From positions 1,088,001 through 1,152,000 of the forward strand of contig OZ253449.1 of the NCBI GenBank assembly GCA_965261345.1: a stretch of 64,000 nt of DNA. Direction: 5' to 3'. The notes beneath the pieces were generated by a model that was not told where the DNA came from, made no database searches, and saw nothing but the letters and a program-made list of their open reading frames with translations. Both the position numbers and the translations under genes were made by a program. Source of the stretch: Chloroflexota bacterium. GTDB lineage: Bacteria > Chloroflexota > UBA11872 > VXNJ01. Numbering within the stretch: the stretch's first letter is position 1; the number at the start of each line of letters is the position of its first letter. This document shows, in pieces, positions 52,196 to 62,405 of this stretch.

Positions 52196-53029
52196 TTGAA
52201 TCTGAAACTGACCCGCGGCCGCGTCTTCGCCGCCGCCGCCGTGCTGCTGGTCATTGCGGCCGCGGCAACATTCAACTTCTGGTGGAGCCAAGGGTCGCCC
52301 GAACCATCCGGCCCGACCCTGGCCCCGACCCTGCAAGTTGCCAGCCCGACGCCAACCGCGCCGCCGATCGTCCAATTGACAAAGACCCCGCCGGCGGGCG
52401 GCGGCGCGGACGCGCCCGACCTGGAACCAGCCCCTACCGCGACTCCCGATTCCCGCCCCACGGCGTCCGCCCGTTCGGCCGAAGCCGCACTTTACCGGAT
52501 CGGAACTGGAAGCGGGACCGCGAGCTTTGCCGTAAATGAAATCCTCAATGACGAACCGTATACCGCGGTTGGCCTAACCGGCGAAGTGGCCGGCGACTTC
52601 ATCATCGACTTTGGCGACCCCCAGGCCTCGGAATTGGGAACGATCGTGGTCAACGCCCGCACCTTCGTCACCGATTCGAGCTTTCGCGATCGGGCGATTC
52701 GCAATGCCATCCTGCAATCGAGCCAGGACCGTTACGAGTTCATTTCCTTCAGTCCGACCAGGCTAAACGGGATTCCCGACCAGATCGCGATCGGCCAGAC
52801 TATTGAAATTGAAATCGTTGGCGACCTGACAATCCGCGATATCATCCTCCCTGCCACCTGGCTGGCCAGCGTTACCATCGAGTCCGAGCAGCAGATCTCG
52901 GCCCGCGCCGATACCCGGGTCCTTAGGTCGGACTTTGGACTGGAAATTCCCAGCGTGCCTGCGGTGGCCGGGGTCGATGACGAAGTTGCCCTCACCATCG
53001 AATTTTCCGCCCAGCGGGTCGAGCAGTAA
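52196..53029 (+). CDS. YceI family protein, membrane-anchored with Pro/Thr linker
   Basis: Signal/TM, PT-rich linker, TDSSFRDRAIR, GDLTIRD, RSDFGLEIP. Confidence 0.85.
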   Translation: MNLKLTRGRVFAAAAVLLVIAAAATFNFWWSQGSPEPSGPTLAPTLQVASPTPTAPPIVQLTKTPPAGGGADAPDLEPAPTATPDSRPTASARSAEAALYRIGTGSGTASFAVNEILNDEPYTAVGLTGEVAGDFIIDFGDPQASELGTIVVNARTFVTDSSFRDRAIRNAILQSSQDRYEFISFSPTRLNGIPDQIAIGQTIEIEIVGDLTIRDIILPATWLASVTIESEQQISARADTRVLRSDFGLEIPSVPAVAGVDDEVALTIEFSAQRVEQ

Positions 53030-53064
53030 CTGTCAAATTACCCTGGAAACCGCGGCTGGTGCGC

Positions 53065-55662
53065 CTAAGCCGCGACCGTTAGGTTCACCGTACTACCGGC
53101 TGTAACGACCAGCGGGGAGGCGAAATCTACCGCGCCGGCGCCGGAAAGCGAAAAGCGCGACAGTTCGACTTTCCCCTCGATGCAGGAGAGCGCGATATGC
53201 CAAGCCGCCTCCCTGCGCTCAATTCGGCAGCGGCCAAAAGCCGTCCCGTTTGACCAAAAGGCATGCTGGTCGGTAGCGGCGAACCGCATCCTCCTAGAAA
53301 CCCCGGAATAGTCAAATCCGAACAGGGCCAAGCTTGCCCCCCAGACCGCCATCGCCCGGGCATAGTGGTGGCCACACTCGGCCTCATCAAAAGGGTTGCG
53401 CCGCAATCCGTCATAGCGGCGACGGACCGCCTCGATCACCTCGAGCCCGTCGTCGACCTGGCCCTCCAGCAACATCCCCACCGCTGCCGTGTACTCAAAA
53501 CCGGTCATTACTTCGTTGCAGTAAGGGAACGGCCGTGTCGGGCGATTACCGTTCGGCCAGGTGGCCATCAATAGCGCCGATTCGTCGTTTAGAACATACG
53601 AGCGCATGTGATTGAAGTGGTGGTAAAAGTCACTCCGCCAGTTGTAGCGCTTAATCGACCGGTGGGCGGTGGCCACGTTTTCGCTATCGAGCAGGTAGCC
53701 AAGCCCGTTTAGGTGGGCAAAGAACTGGCCGACCAGCTGGTCGACTAGGCAGCCTGGTCCCAGCTGCAACTCAGGGTCGGAAAGGTCCCTGGCACCCATC
53801 TCGGGATGGCGCAGCCCCGGGGCGATCGCGCCGGCGTCGGGAATCGGAATCACCTGCTGTTCGTAGTACTGGCCATTAAACAGGTTGGCGTCCGTCCAGG
53901 CGCTCCCGCGTACAAACAGCGCCCGGCATCGATCGGCAAATTCGTTATCGCCCAAATGTCGGGCCATCTCCTCGCCCGCCCGCAGGGCGCCCAGGTACCA
54001 GCCCTGCATCTGTGGATTGGGGCCGTAGTACTCCACATCCATGGTGTTGTGCTGGCAGCCCTCCATTACTCCATCCTCATCGCCGTCCCAGCCGCCCCGG
54101 ATCCAGCAGAACTCCAGCGCCCGGCGGCCCGCCGGGTACAGCTCGGAGAGGAAGTCGTCGTCGCCCGATAGGCGCCACTCGCGATAGAGCTTCATCACGC
54201 ACCCCATCTGGCCGTCGGCGGCGGCGATTCCGAATTCATTGGCCCGCTCGGCCAGCGGCAGCAGCACCCTAAAGGACATCAGGCCGTTGTCGGCGAGCGA
54301 ATGGGCGAACTCGACCCGGCGCATGCTGTGCGCCAGATCGGAGAACAGGAAAGCCAGCGATTGCTCGTAATTCCAGACATGGGTGCAGGATCCAGGGCAA
54401 CAGCCAACCTGATCGCTGCAGCCCTCCCACCCGTAAAAATTCCCGTCCGGGGTGCGAAAGCAGGTCTGGGTCTTAAGGGTGGAGAGATTAAACAGGCAGG
54501 CCTCCTTGACCGCGGCCGGCAGATCGGTCCCGCAAAATGCCTTCACAAACTCCAGGGTTCGGACCTCCAGGGCCTGGAGCTGTCCAGCCGCCGCCACGGC
54601 CGCCGACCAAGCGTCCTCGAACCGGGTGGAATAGTAGTTGCCGATCCAGTCCGGATCGCCTTCCTGACCGCAGCAGGATTCGTCCCCGGCTTGCCCGCAG
54701 CAGGTCGGGGCTGCTGCTTGCCCGCAGCAGCCCGATTCGGCGGTCCGGTGCATGTCCCAGGTCAGGCGGTTGGGGAAGTGCCAGGCCAGCAGGAAGGTGA
54801 CCGACGCCTCGTGCCCCGGGGCCACCTCGACCGGGACGGCCAATGACGCGATCGGCAGTTGCGGACCCAATGCGGGCTCGGTCAGCTGTCCGGCGGCGGA
54901 GAATTCGTCCCAGAAATCGAGCAGCGAGTCGCCCCAATTCAGATCCTTCCAAGCGGTCCGGAAGCTGGCCCCGGGGTTGGTGGTGGCCAGCGCCAGGCTG
55001 CCCCATTGCTCGGCCGTCGGGTCCAGTTCGGGGGCATCCATGAAAATCCCGGTCAGGCCCGTCGACCGGCGGAAGCGGTTTCGGTTCGCACCTGGCTGGC
55101 CAAAGGCCCCATCGGTGCCGATGAAGTTCTCCAGGCTGCCGCAAACCGATGCGCAAAGGATTTGGTCGCCCTCGTTGGCAACCACGAATCGAAGCATCGC
55201 AAACGGCATTCCACTGGCCTCGGAATCGCCCGGGATCAGCGGATTGAAAGCCTCGATGCGAACTGAGGCCGGAACCTGCGGATCCGACAGGCACACCTGC
55301 CCCAACGGGTAGGCGGCGTGGAAGGAGCATTCCCGCCAGTGGGGCAGCCCGTGATTGGGCACGGTCGCCCCGGAGGCCCCTTCAAAATCGGCCGCCTCGA
55401 TCGCCCCCTCCAGCGCCAGGGTGATCGGATCCTGGCCTTGCGGGGCCAGACGGATGGCAAAAAAGGTGGCGCTGCCCCTGCCGCCTCGCGGCGAAAAGCC
55501 CTTGGCCGGGCGATTGACGATCTCCCAGTCGCGCAGTTGGCCGCGTCCACCCAGACTCACGCTGCCGGTGCCGATGCCGCCGATCGGCATGCCGATCGCC
55601 CTCAGTCGGTCCTGGGGGTAGCTGCGCAGCACTGGCCAATTGGAATTTGTTGGGAGCGGCAT
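53065..55662 (-). CDS. GH116 family beta-glycosidase (non-lysosomal glucosylceramidase-like)
   Basis: MPIGGIGTG, RGQLRDWEI.NRP, GWEG, GSCTHVWNY, AADGQMG, HNTMDVE, DQLVGQ, RNPFDEAECGHHYARAM. Confidence 0.87.
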   Translation of the reverse strand: MPLPTNSNWPVLRSYPQDRLRAIGMPIGGIGTGSVSLGGRGQLRDWEIVNRPAKGFSPRGGRGSATFFAIRLAPQGQDPITLALEGAIEAADFEGASGATVPNHGLPHWRECSFHAAYPLGQVCLSDPQVPASVRIEAFNPLIPGDSEASGMPFAMLRFVVANEGDQILCASVCGSLENFIGTDGAFGQPGANRNRFRRSTGLTGIFMDAPELDPTAEQWGSLALATTNPGASFRTAWKDLNWGDSLLDFWDEFSAAGQLTEPALGPQLPIASLAVPVEVAPGHEASVTFLLAWHFPNRLTWDMHRTAESGCCGQAAAPTCCGQAGDESCCGQEGDPDWIGNYYSTRFEDAWSAAVAAAGQLQALEVRTLEFVKAFCGTDLPAAVKEACLFNLSTLKTQTCFRTPDGNFYGWEGCSDQVGCCPGSCTHVWNYEQSLAFLFSDLAHSMRRVEFAHSLADNGLMSFRVLLPLAERANEFGIAAADGQMGCVMKLYREWRLSGDDDFLSELYPAGRRALEFCWIRGGWDGDEDGVMEGCQHNTMDVEYYGPNPQMQGWYLGALRAGEEMARHLGDNEFADRCRALFVRGSAWTDANLFNGQYYEQQVIPIPDAGAIAPGLRHPEMGARDLSDPELQLGPGCLVDQLVGQFFAHLNGLGYLLDSENVATAHRSIKRYNWRSDFYHHFNHMRSYVLNDESALLMATWPNGNRPTRPFPYCNEVMTGFEYTAAVGMLLEGQVDDGLEVIEAVRRRYDGLRRNPFDEAECGHHYARAMAVWGASLALFGFDYSGVSRRMRFAATDQHAFWSNGTAFGRCRIERREAAWHIALSCIEGKVELSRFSLSGAGAVDFASPLVVTAGSTVNLTVAA
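54664..54729 (-). repeat. Three 27-bp-period repeats encoding CCGQ inside GH116
   Basis: CTGACCGCAGCA (54664), TTGCCCGCAGCA (54691), TTGCCCGCAGCA (54718) encode CCGQAAAPTCCGQAGDESCCGQ. Confidence 0.85.
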
Positions 55663-55831
55663 CAACGGTCCCTGCTCTGGGAGGAATGGAATTGCGTCGT
55701 TCTTAGCAGGTTAGGCTCCGCCGCCCACCGATGTGCGACGGGCCAACTAGAATCACCGCGACCGAACCGAGGGAGCCTGCTGGCTGGCGGATTCGGCGTA
55801 AATCTCCAGAGTCCAAATTGCATCAATATAA

Positions 55832-56275
55832 ATGGCTAGTTGGCGCACGTCTGAGTGGGTGGAAGCATCCCCGAAGACGGTGTTTGCAGCATTGACCGAC
55901 TTCGAAAACGGCGACAAATGGTCCAACGACATCGTCTCCGCCGAGAAGATCACTCCCGGGCCGGTTGGCCTGGGCACCAGATTTCGTGAAATCCGCAGAA
56001 TTAACGGGCGCCAGGCCACCGCGGTGATTGAGGTGAGCGCATTCGAGCAGGGGCGCAGCTACTCCGCCGAATCGCGGGCTATGGGCATGACATGTTCCTA
56101 TCACTACGCTCTGACTGAGGAATGCGGCGGGACCCGCATCGACCTTGAGATGGAGGTTTCCGGCAACCTGCTGATGCTACCGATGCGCAGATTCATGCTG
56201 TCGGTCCTTAAAAAATCCGATGCTGGGCACCTCAAGACATTTAAGTCCGCGATCGAATCAATACCGGCACAATAA
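55832..56275 (+). CDS. SRPBCC (START-like) family protein
   Basis: ASPKTVFAALTD....W, GPVGLGTRFRE, GGTRI pattern. Confidence 0.85.
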   Translation: MASWRTSEWVEASPKTVFAALTDFENGDKWSNDIVSAEKITPGPVGLGTRFREIRRINGRQATAVIEVSAFEQGRSYSAESRAMGMTCSYHYALTEECGGTRIDLEMEVSGNLLMLPMRRFMLSVLKKSDAGHLKTFKSAIESIPAQ

Positions 56276-56351
56276 CTTAGCCAACAGCTAGTCGGTTAGC
56301 GCAAAAGTGGGAGCATCATTGCCCCCAGCCCGCACCCGGGGTGCCAGACCA

Positions 56352-57548
56352 ATGTCGCCGTTCGACGCCCTCTCCCAGCGCGGGTTCGTAGCCCTCTGGC
56401 TATCGACCGGGATCAATCACTCCGGTCAGTTCCTGCGCGGGACGATCCAGAGCTGGCTGGTTCTGCAGTTGACCAATTCCTCAGCCTGGGTCGGAGTGGT
56501 CAACGGGTTTCCGGTGCTCGTGAGCGCCCCACTTTCGTTTTTGGCAGGCGCCCTCGCCGACCGGTCCGATCCGCGCCGGATCCTGCTGTGGACGCGCGCG
56601 GCGACCTCATTTTTCTGTTTTGTGACCGCTTATGCGATAACCGCCGGGTTTGTCAACGTCTATCTACTGGTGGTGTTGGCGACCATCCTCAACGCTTCCT
56701 ACTACCTATCCTTCCCTTCCAACCAGATCTTCATCGTGGCCCTGGTCGGACCCGAACGCCTCCTGGCCGCCAATGCCTTGATCAATGGGGTCGGCTTTGG
56801 CCTCAACTTCATCCTCCCTTCGGCGGCCGGTTACATGGCCGCCGAGTTCGGGATCGATTCGATCTACTACGCGCTGGGAATCGGCTATCTGGTGGCGCTG
56901 GTGGCGGTCTATTTCACGCCGGCCAATACGGCCGTTGAACGGTCGCCGGGCGGAAATTTGATCCGGCAGGTATTGGCTGGAATCGCCTACGTTAAGACCC
57001 GGCCCGGATTGGCCTGGATCTTCTACATTGCCTTGCTCTCGATAACGGGATCCGGCTTCATGGCCATCCTGCCGGCGATGGCACGTGATGAACTGGGGCT
57101 CAGTGCCGCCGGCTTTGGACTCATAGCCGGCAGCCAGGGAGTCGGCAGCCTGGTCGGCTCGGGGATCCTGCTGGCCCGCGGTGAGATCAAACGCAAGGGG
57201 GTCGCGATGCTGACGGGAGCGCTCATCTGGGCCACCGGGATGATTGCCATCGGACTTTCAACCGAGCTCTGGCAGGCGGTCCTGGCAGGGGTAATGATGG
57301 GTTTTTCACCGCCGCTGTGGATGAATTCGGTCCAAACCGTGATCATGACCGCGGTCCCGCCCAATATGCGCGGCCGGATGGCCTCACTCTTTGCCTTGAC
57401 CTTCCAGATGGTTCCGCTGGGCTACCTGGTCGGCGGAATCGTGGCTGACCGGGTCGGGCCTGCGAACGCCCTCATGATCCTTGGTACGGTCGGCATATTA
57501 CTGCACCTTCCCCCGCTGTCATCGCGCGAATTTCGCGAGATCGGCTAG
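56352..57548 (+). CDS. MFS transporter
   Basis: About 12 TM, GALADRSDPRR motif A, VPPNMRGRM. Confidence 0.88.
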   Translation: MSPFDALSQRGFVALWLSTGINHSGQFLRGTIQSWLVLQLTNSSAWVGVVNGFPVLVSAPLSFLAGALADRSDPRRILLWTRAATSFFCFVTAYAITAGFVNVYLLVVLATILNASYYLSFPSNQIFIVALVGPERLLAANALINGVGFGLNFILPSAAGYMAAEFGIDSIYYALGIGYLVALVAVYFTPANTAVERSPGGNLIRQVLAGIAYVKTRPGLAWIFYIALLSITGSGFMAILPAMARDELGLSAAGFGLIAGSQGVGSLVGSGILLARGEIKRKGVAMLTGALIWATGMIAIGLSTELWQAVLAGVMMGFSPPLWMNSVQTVIMTAVPPNMRGRMASLFALTFQMVPLGYLVGGIVADRVGPANALMILGTVGILLHLPPLSSREFREIG

Positions 57549-57562
57549 CTGGCCGCCCCGAC

Positions 57563-59533
57563 TCAAGCGGGCTCGGCGGGCGGGCGGTGTCGCGGCATCC
57601 AGACAGCCATCTGGACCGCGGCGTCACGATTGTCCCAGGCAAAGTAGGGGATCGCCTTCAGCCGCGTCGGATCGGGATCGGGTCTGGGGGCGTCGGCCGG
57701 CCGGTACAGAAAGGCCCCATCCGAATTGGCAACCAGGGCTGGCGCCTCAAGGGTAACCACACCACCGAGCAGCTCTTCCCGGTGCTCAATCTCGACCTCG
57801 CCACTTGCGAGTCCGGCCGGGAGCCGCAGCTGGCGCAAATTGATTCCGGGATTGTCAGACCCTTCGATCGCATAGACGACCGGGCCCCGCTTTAGGGCCA
57901 CGCTGTCACGGGCCTCTGCCACCGCCGGATCGGCGACCAGCATTTCGACCGGCATCGCGAGCGACAGCAGGATCTCGTCGCCAGGCCGCCATTCACGCTC
58001 AATTTCGAGGTATTGACCAGGGACCGCGCTCAGCGGCCGGCCGGCCAACTCGGCGCTGGCCGCGCGGGCCCAACCCGGGATGCGCAGGTGGAGGCGGATC
58101 CGCGCCGCCGGGGCCTCCCGGATGGTCAGCGAGATCCGGCCGTCCCAGGGGTAATCGGTTTGCTGGCTAAGGCGCAGGCGCCCATCGGCCAGCCCAACGT
58201 CCAATTCGCTCTGACCGTACATGTGCACCCAGAGGGCATTGGGGCCGGTCGAATAGAAGTAGGCCGGCAACTGGGCGATGCTGCGGGTCAGATTGGGCGG
58301 ACAGCAGGCGACTCGGTACATATGGCGATATTCCGGCCGATCAACCCAGAACCATTCCTGCCGGGTGGGAGCCGAAAGCCAACTGTGATAGTACTCGTAG
58401 TCGTGGCGGGCCGGCGTGAGGGCGGGTCGCCAGGGGTCAAAGTAGCCACGCCCGCTCGACTGCAGCGGGTTGTCGTAGAAAAAACGATTTCCCTCGAGGT
58501 TGACCCCGCAGAGGATCGAATTGTGCCAGCAGAGCTCCATCAGGTCGGCGAAGCGAGCCTGGCCGGAAACCTGCAGGGCCCGCAGGCTCCACATCGCCGA
58601 GCCGATCGCCGCGCAAGTCTCGGCATATCCGTGTTCATGCGGCAGTTCGTATTCGTGCCCCATCGCCTCGCCCAGGCGCCGCCCGCCGATGGCCCCGGTC
58701 ACGTACATCTTGCGGGTCACCATATCCTGCCAGAGCCGTTCACTGGTCTTCCAGTAGTGCTCCTGGCCAGTTTCGGCGTAAGCGTCGACGATTGCGCAGG
58801 CCAGGAACGCGATCTGGACTGAATGGCCGGCGATCTCGGGAAATTCAAGTGCTCCGACCTGATCGATAAAGTAGCGCGCCAGCTGCAGATAGGCGCGCTT
58901 GCCGGTTACCCGATAAAGCTCGATCAGGGCCATCTCGACCTCCGGATGCGAGGGTCGCATGGTGTTGCCGCCGGGCAGAAAAACCTCGCACATGTGATCG
59001 GCCGCCCGCCGAGCCAGTCGCAGATAGCGGTCCGATCCGGTGGCGCGGTGGTGGGCGACGCCCGCCTGAATCATGTGGCCGGTTGCGTAGAGCTCGTTTA
59101 AGGCCCCGTCGCGCCAGCGTCGGTCGGCCAGTTGACGGGGCGCCAGGTTGGCATGCAAATATCCGTCAAAATCGGCCGCCGGTTCGATTACCTCCAAGCC
59201 CTCCTCGATCCAGCGATGGGTTCGCGGGTCGTGATCGTGGGCAAGCGAGCTGGCGGCCGCCTCCAGCGTGCGGTGCAGGTTGGCCTCGCGCCCCCGCCTG
59301 GACCCGGCGGGCGGCTGGTCGGGAGCGTAAGTGGGGTCGCCGGCCCGACGAAATTTATCGAATAGGTCCTCGCGCACATGCTCGAAAACGTGCGGGATCG
59401 TAGCCTGCCAGTTGGTCGCAAAAACCCTACCCCAAAGGCCGCCGGTAAGCCGTACCGCCGACAGCGGCACCGGGGTCATCAACCCCTTGGGACTGGCCGC
59501 GTAGTCGATTAGGAGGGGGCCGTCGGCATTCAT
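57563..59533 (-). CDS. GH127 family beta-L-arabinofuranosidase-like hydrolase
   Basis: ELYATGH, HPEVEMAL, GHSV, KMYVTGAIG, YAETCA, FFYDNPL, ACCPPN, YPWDG, RGPVVY, IPYFAWDNR. Confidence 0.9.
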   Translation of the reverse strand: MNADGPLLIDYAASPKGLMTPVPLSAVRLTGGLWGRVFATNWQATIPHVFEHVREDLFDKFRRAGDPTYAPDQPPAGSRRGREANLHRTLEAAASSLAHDHDPRTHRWIEEGLEVIEPAADFDGYLHANLAPRQLADRRWRDGALNELYATGHMIQAGVAHHRATGSDRYLRLARRAADHMCEVFLPGGNTMRPSHPEVEMALIELYRVTGKRAYLQLARYFIDQVGALEFPEIAGHSVQIAFLACAIVDAYAETGQEHYWKTSERLWQDMVTRKMYVTGAIGGRRLGEAMGHEYELPHEHGYAETCAAIGSAMWSLRALQVSGQARFADLMELCWHNSILCGVNLEGNRFFYDNPLQSSGRGYFDPWRPALTPARHDYEYYHSWLSAPTRQEWFWVDRPEYRHMYRVACCPPNLTRSIAQLPAYFYSTGPNALWVHMYGQSELDVGLADGRLRLSQQTDYPWDGRISLTIREAPAARIRLHLRIPGWARAASAELAGRPLSAVPGQYLEIEREWRPGDEILLSLAMPVEMLVADPAVAEARDSVALKRGPVVYAIEGSDNPGINLRQLRLPAGLASGEVEIEHREELLGGVVTLEAPALVANSDGAFLYRPADAPRPDPDPTRLKAIPYFAWDNRDAAVQMAVWMPRHRPPAEPA

Positions 59534-59678
59534 CTGCTGTCCGCCTGATATATCCGTGCGTTGCGCCAGGCCCATTATCCGGATGGCTTGGGCGCTAAAT
59601 ATTCCAATTGACGGCAAAATTTGGAGTGGCCGCAATTTGTCGGCCGCTCAATCTCGACCACCGCAAAAGTAACGCTTC

Positions 59679-61313
59679 ATGCCATCGCGCCAACCAAACA
59701 TCGTGCTCATCTTGGCCGACGACATGGGGTTCTCCGACATCGGCTGCTTCGGTTCGGAAATCTCCACGCCAACCCTGGATCGGCTGGCCAGCGGCGGAGT
59801 GCGTTTTTCGCAGTTTTACAACTACGCCCGCTGTTGTCCCACCCGGGCCGCGATCCTGACCGGCCGCCACCCCCATCAGGTCGGGGTGGGGCACATGACT
59901 ACCGACTTCGGGCTAGCTCCCTACCAGGGACACCTCAACGACAACTGCGTAACCGTCGCCGAATCGCTTAAAACCGCCGGTTACAAGACCTTCATGTCGG
60001 GCAAGTGGCACGTTGGCGGCGATCATCCCGAAAGCGGCTGGGAGGCCGGTGACGCAACCCACCCCACCCCGTACACACGGGGATTCGACCAGCACTACGG
60101 AATCCTCACCGGCGGTGGGAGCTACTACGACCCGATAACCCTGGTCCGCAATGATGTGTCGGTCGCGGTGGCGCCCGAAGATGACTATTTCTTAACTGAC
60201 GCCATTGCCGACGAAGCCCTCACGATGATTGATGGCTGCGGCGGAGAGGGCGACCCTTTCTTCCTCTACATGGCCTTTACCGCCCCGCATTGGCCGCTGC
60301 ATGCCAGTCCCGAAGACATCGCCAAATACCAGGGGCGCTATGAATACGGCTGGGATGAGCTGCGCAAAAGGCGCCACGAAGAGCTCAAGGGCTTGGGGGT
60401 GCTGGACTCGCGATGGCCGATCGCCCCTCGCAACGAGCTTTCCACCGCCTGGGAAAACAGCCCGCGGCAGGCTTGGGAGGCTGAACGGATGGCAGTTTAC
60501 GCGGCCCAGATCGAGTGCCTGGACCGCAATATCGGACGGGTGGTGACCCACCTTGACCGGGCCGGTATCCGTGACGATACGTTGATAGTGTTCCTGTCCG
60601 ACAACGGCGGTTGCGCCGAGTTCCTGCACGAGGACGGACACATCGAGATTTGCCCGACGCAGACCCTCGATGGACGACCGGTGACCTACGGAAACCGCTT
60701 TGCGGCCACCCCGGGGCCCGAAGAGTCCTTCATGAGTTACGACCTGCCCTGGGCCAACGCATCCAACACCCCCTTCCGGCTGTTTAAGCACTACGTCCAC
60801 GAGGGTGGAATCTCGACCCCATTCGTCGCCAATTGGCCGGCGGCGATTCCTCCAGGCGGAATCGTCCATTCGCCCGCCCACATCCTCGATTTGCTGCCCA
60901 CCTTCAACGCCGCCGCCGGGGCCGATTACGCGGCGGCGGCCGGTGGGCGCGACATACCGCTTGAAGGCGAGAGTCTTATCGCCCCGCTGACCGGGCAGCA
61001 GTGGAACCGCGAGCGGCCGATCTTTATCGAGCACGAAGGGCACTGCTGCGTCCGCGACGGCGACTGGAAGCTGGTCCGCCGCCACCCCGGCCCCTGGGAG
61101 CTCTACAACCTTGAGCTCGACCGGACCGAGCTCTACGACCTGGCCGAGAGTGAAAAAGGGCGGGTGGCGGCCATGAGCCTGCAATTTGACGAGTTCGCGA
61201 ACCGCGTCGGGGCGATCTCGGGCGCAGAATTCGACCGGCTGGTTGCCAAATCGGGCTGGGCCGCAAATGACAACGCGGTCCAGGCGTCGCGCCCGGGCGG
61301 TTTCGCCCAATGA
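59679..61313 (+). CDS. Arylsulfatase
   Basis: PNIVLILADDMGFSD, CCPTR, GKWH, APHWPLHA, FLSDNG, HEGGISTP. Confidence 0.93.
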   Translation: MPSRQPNIVLILADDMGFSDIGCFGSEISTPTLDRLASGGVRFSQFYNYARCCPTRAAILTGRHPHQVGVGHMTTDFGLAPYQGHLNDNCVTVAESLKTAGYKTFMSGKWHVGGDHPESGWEAGDATHPTPYTRGFDQHYGILTGGGSYYDPITLVRNDVSVAVAPEDDYFLTDAIADEALTMIDGCGGEGDPFFLYMAFTAPHWPLHASPEDIAKYQGRYEYGWDELRKRRHEELKGLGVLDSRWPIAPRNELSTAWENSPRQAWEAERMAVYAAQIECLDRNIGRVVTHLDRAGIRDDTLIVFLSDNGGCAEFLHEDGHIEICPTQTLDGRPVTYGNRFAATPGPEESFMSYDLPWANASNTPFRLFKHYVHEGGISTPFVANWPAAIPPGGIVHSPAHILDLLPTFNAAAGADYAAAAGGRDIPLEGESLIAPLTGQQWNRERPIFIEHEGHCCVRDGDWKLVRRHPGPWELYNLELDRTELYDLAESEKGRVAAMSLQFDEFANRVGAISGAEFDRLVAKSGWAANDNAVQASRPGGFAQ

Positions 61314-61398
61314 TCCGGCCGTCATGCGGCTGCGCCCAAGGCGGACCAGAGGCTATCATGCTTGACGCATGTTGTTGTGGTTGCAAAGGATTGGGCGC

Positions 61399-61842
61399 AT
61401 GGGAAAAATGATTCCGCTTATCGGATCGAGTGAAGCCGGGCCGCTGGGGGCGATTCACCTGCCCAGACTCTGGCTAAAAGTCACGCTCGCGACCGCCGGC
61501 GCGCTCAACGAGGATTACGACGAGTGCGGCGGGGGCTTTGACCAGATGGTGCTCGACGGCCTTTCGGTAGATCGCGAGGCGGCGCTGGACTATCTCCGAT
61601 CAACCAAGCCCACCTATCCGCAGTTTGAGCAGTGGGTCATCGACCAAAACGGTGGCAGCATCGACCAGTCGGTAATCGATGCGTCGAACGCGGCCATTAG
61701 TGGATACAACCACGCCGCCGAGACGGTTGCCGGCATCTCCGAGGCGGCAGGAACCAACGCCGACGGGGCGATTACCGGCGCAGTCACCCTGAACGCGCTT
61801 GACGACTGGAGCGAAGTTCACGCTTCGGTGACCGGAAGCTAG
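61399..61842 (+). CDS. DUF5069-like protein
   Basis: GPLGAIHLPRLWLK...GFDQM...PTYPQFEQWV, C-terminal LNALDDW; family recalled, not searched. Confidence 0.65.
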   Translation: MGKMIPLIGSSEAGPLGAIHLPRLWLKVTLATAGALNEDYDECGGGFDQMVLDGLSVDREAALDYLRSTKPTYPQFEQWVIDQNGGSIDQSVIDASNAAISGYNHAAETVAGISEAAGTNADGAITGAVTLNALDDWSEVHASVTGS

Positions 61843-61847
61843 GCGCC

Positions 61848-62040
61848 CACCTCCCACAGCTGCCGGGAGCCCTTACCGGGAATGCGGGTCGGCCGGAAGC
61901 CGACCCTTAGCAGGTGGCCCGCTCCGCCAAGTTCGATCCTTACGGCGGCGGGCCCAAGGCGAACTCCGCAACCCTGACAATCGGCAGTTAAAGTCATTCC
62001 CGCTCGGGTCAGCGGCTAAAACCAGGCCCGGGGCGGAGGA
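61848..62040 (-). ncRNA. ssrS: Probable 6S RNA
   Basis: ~190-nt rod: stem 61877-84/61995-62002, central bubble with AU-rich unpaired 5' strand and 3' hairpin 61886-61906, CAGG/CCTG pair, terminal stem 61916-22/61948-54; CCACCUG and CGGCA motifs on minus strand. Confidence 0.55.
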
Positions 62041-62069
62041 GCCCTGCGGCCGGAGTTATCGCAGCGGAG

Positions 62070-62405
62070 CTAGAACCCGGCGATGGCCTCGTCGGGCGAT
62101 TCGACCACCGTAATTACCTGGTCAAATCCCGAAATGGCAAGGATCTCGCGAATGCGCCGCGGGACCGCGGCGATGGCAAAGCGCCCCTCGTCGTCGTTGA
62201 TTCGTTGAGCTACCACCAGTAGAACCCGCAATCCGGCGCTGGCGATGTAGGTCAATTTCGCGCAATCGAGAACCAGTCGATCCGCACCCTTGTCGATTTC
62301 AGCCACAACCGCGCGCTCGAATTCGCCGGCGTTCTTCGCTTCCACCCGTCCGGCCACTGCAAGTACGAGTGCACCCTCGCGCTCGGCAGCCGACAGTTCA
62401 ATCAT
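62070..62405 (-). CDS. STAS domain anti-sigma factor antagonist
   Basis: LVLDC.KLTYIASAGLRVLL with conserved phospho-Ser, ILAISGF. Confidence 0.9.
   Translation of the reverse strand: MIELSAAEREGALVLAVAGRVEAKNAGEFERAVVAEIDKGADRLVLDCAKLTYIASAGLRVLLVVAQRINDDEGRFAIAAVPRRIREILAISGFDQVITVVESPDEAIAGF

Noticed and set aside
60192-61325. 377-aa antisense ORF and similar long alternate-frame ORFs (e.g. 13405..14082, 20336..21145, 58013..58822, 317..1105)
   Set aside because: They overlap well-supported genes on the opposite strand and are typical high-GC shadow ORFs without motifs
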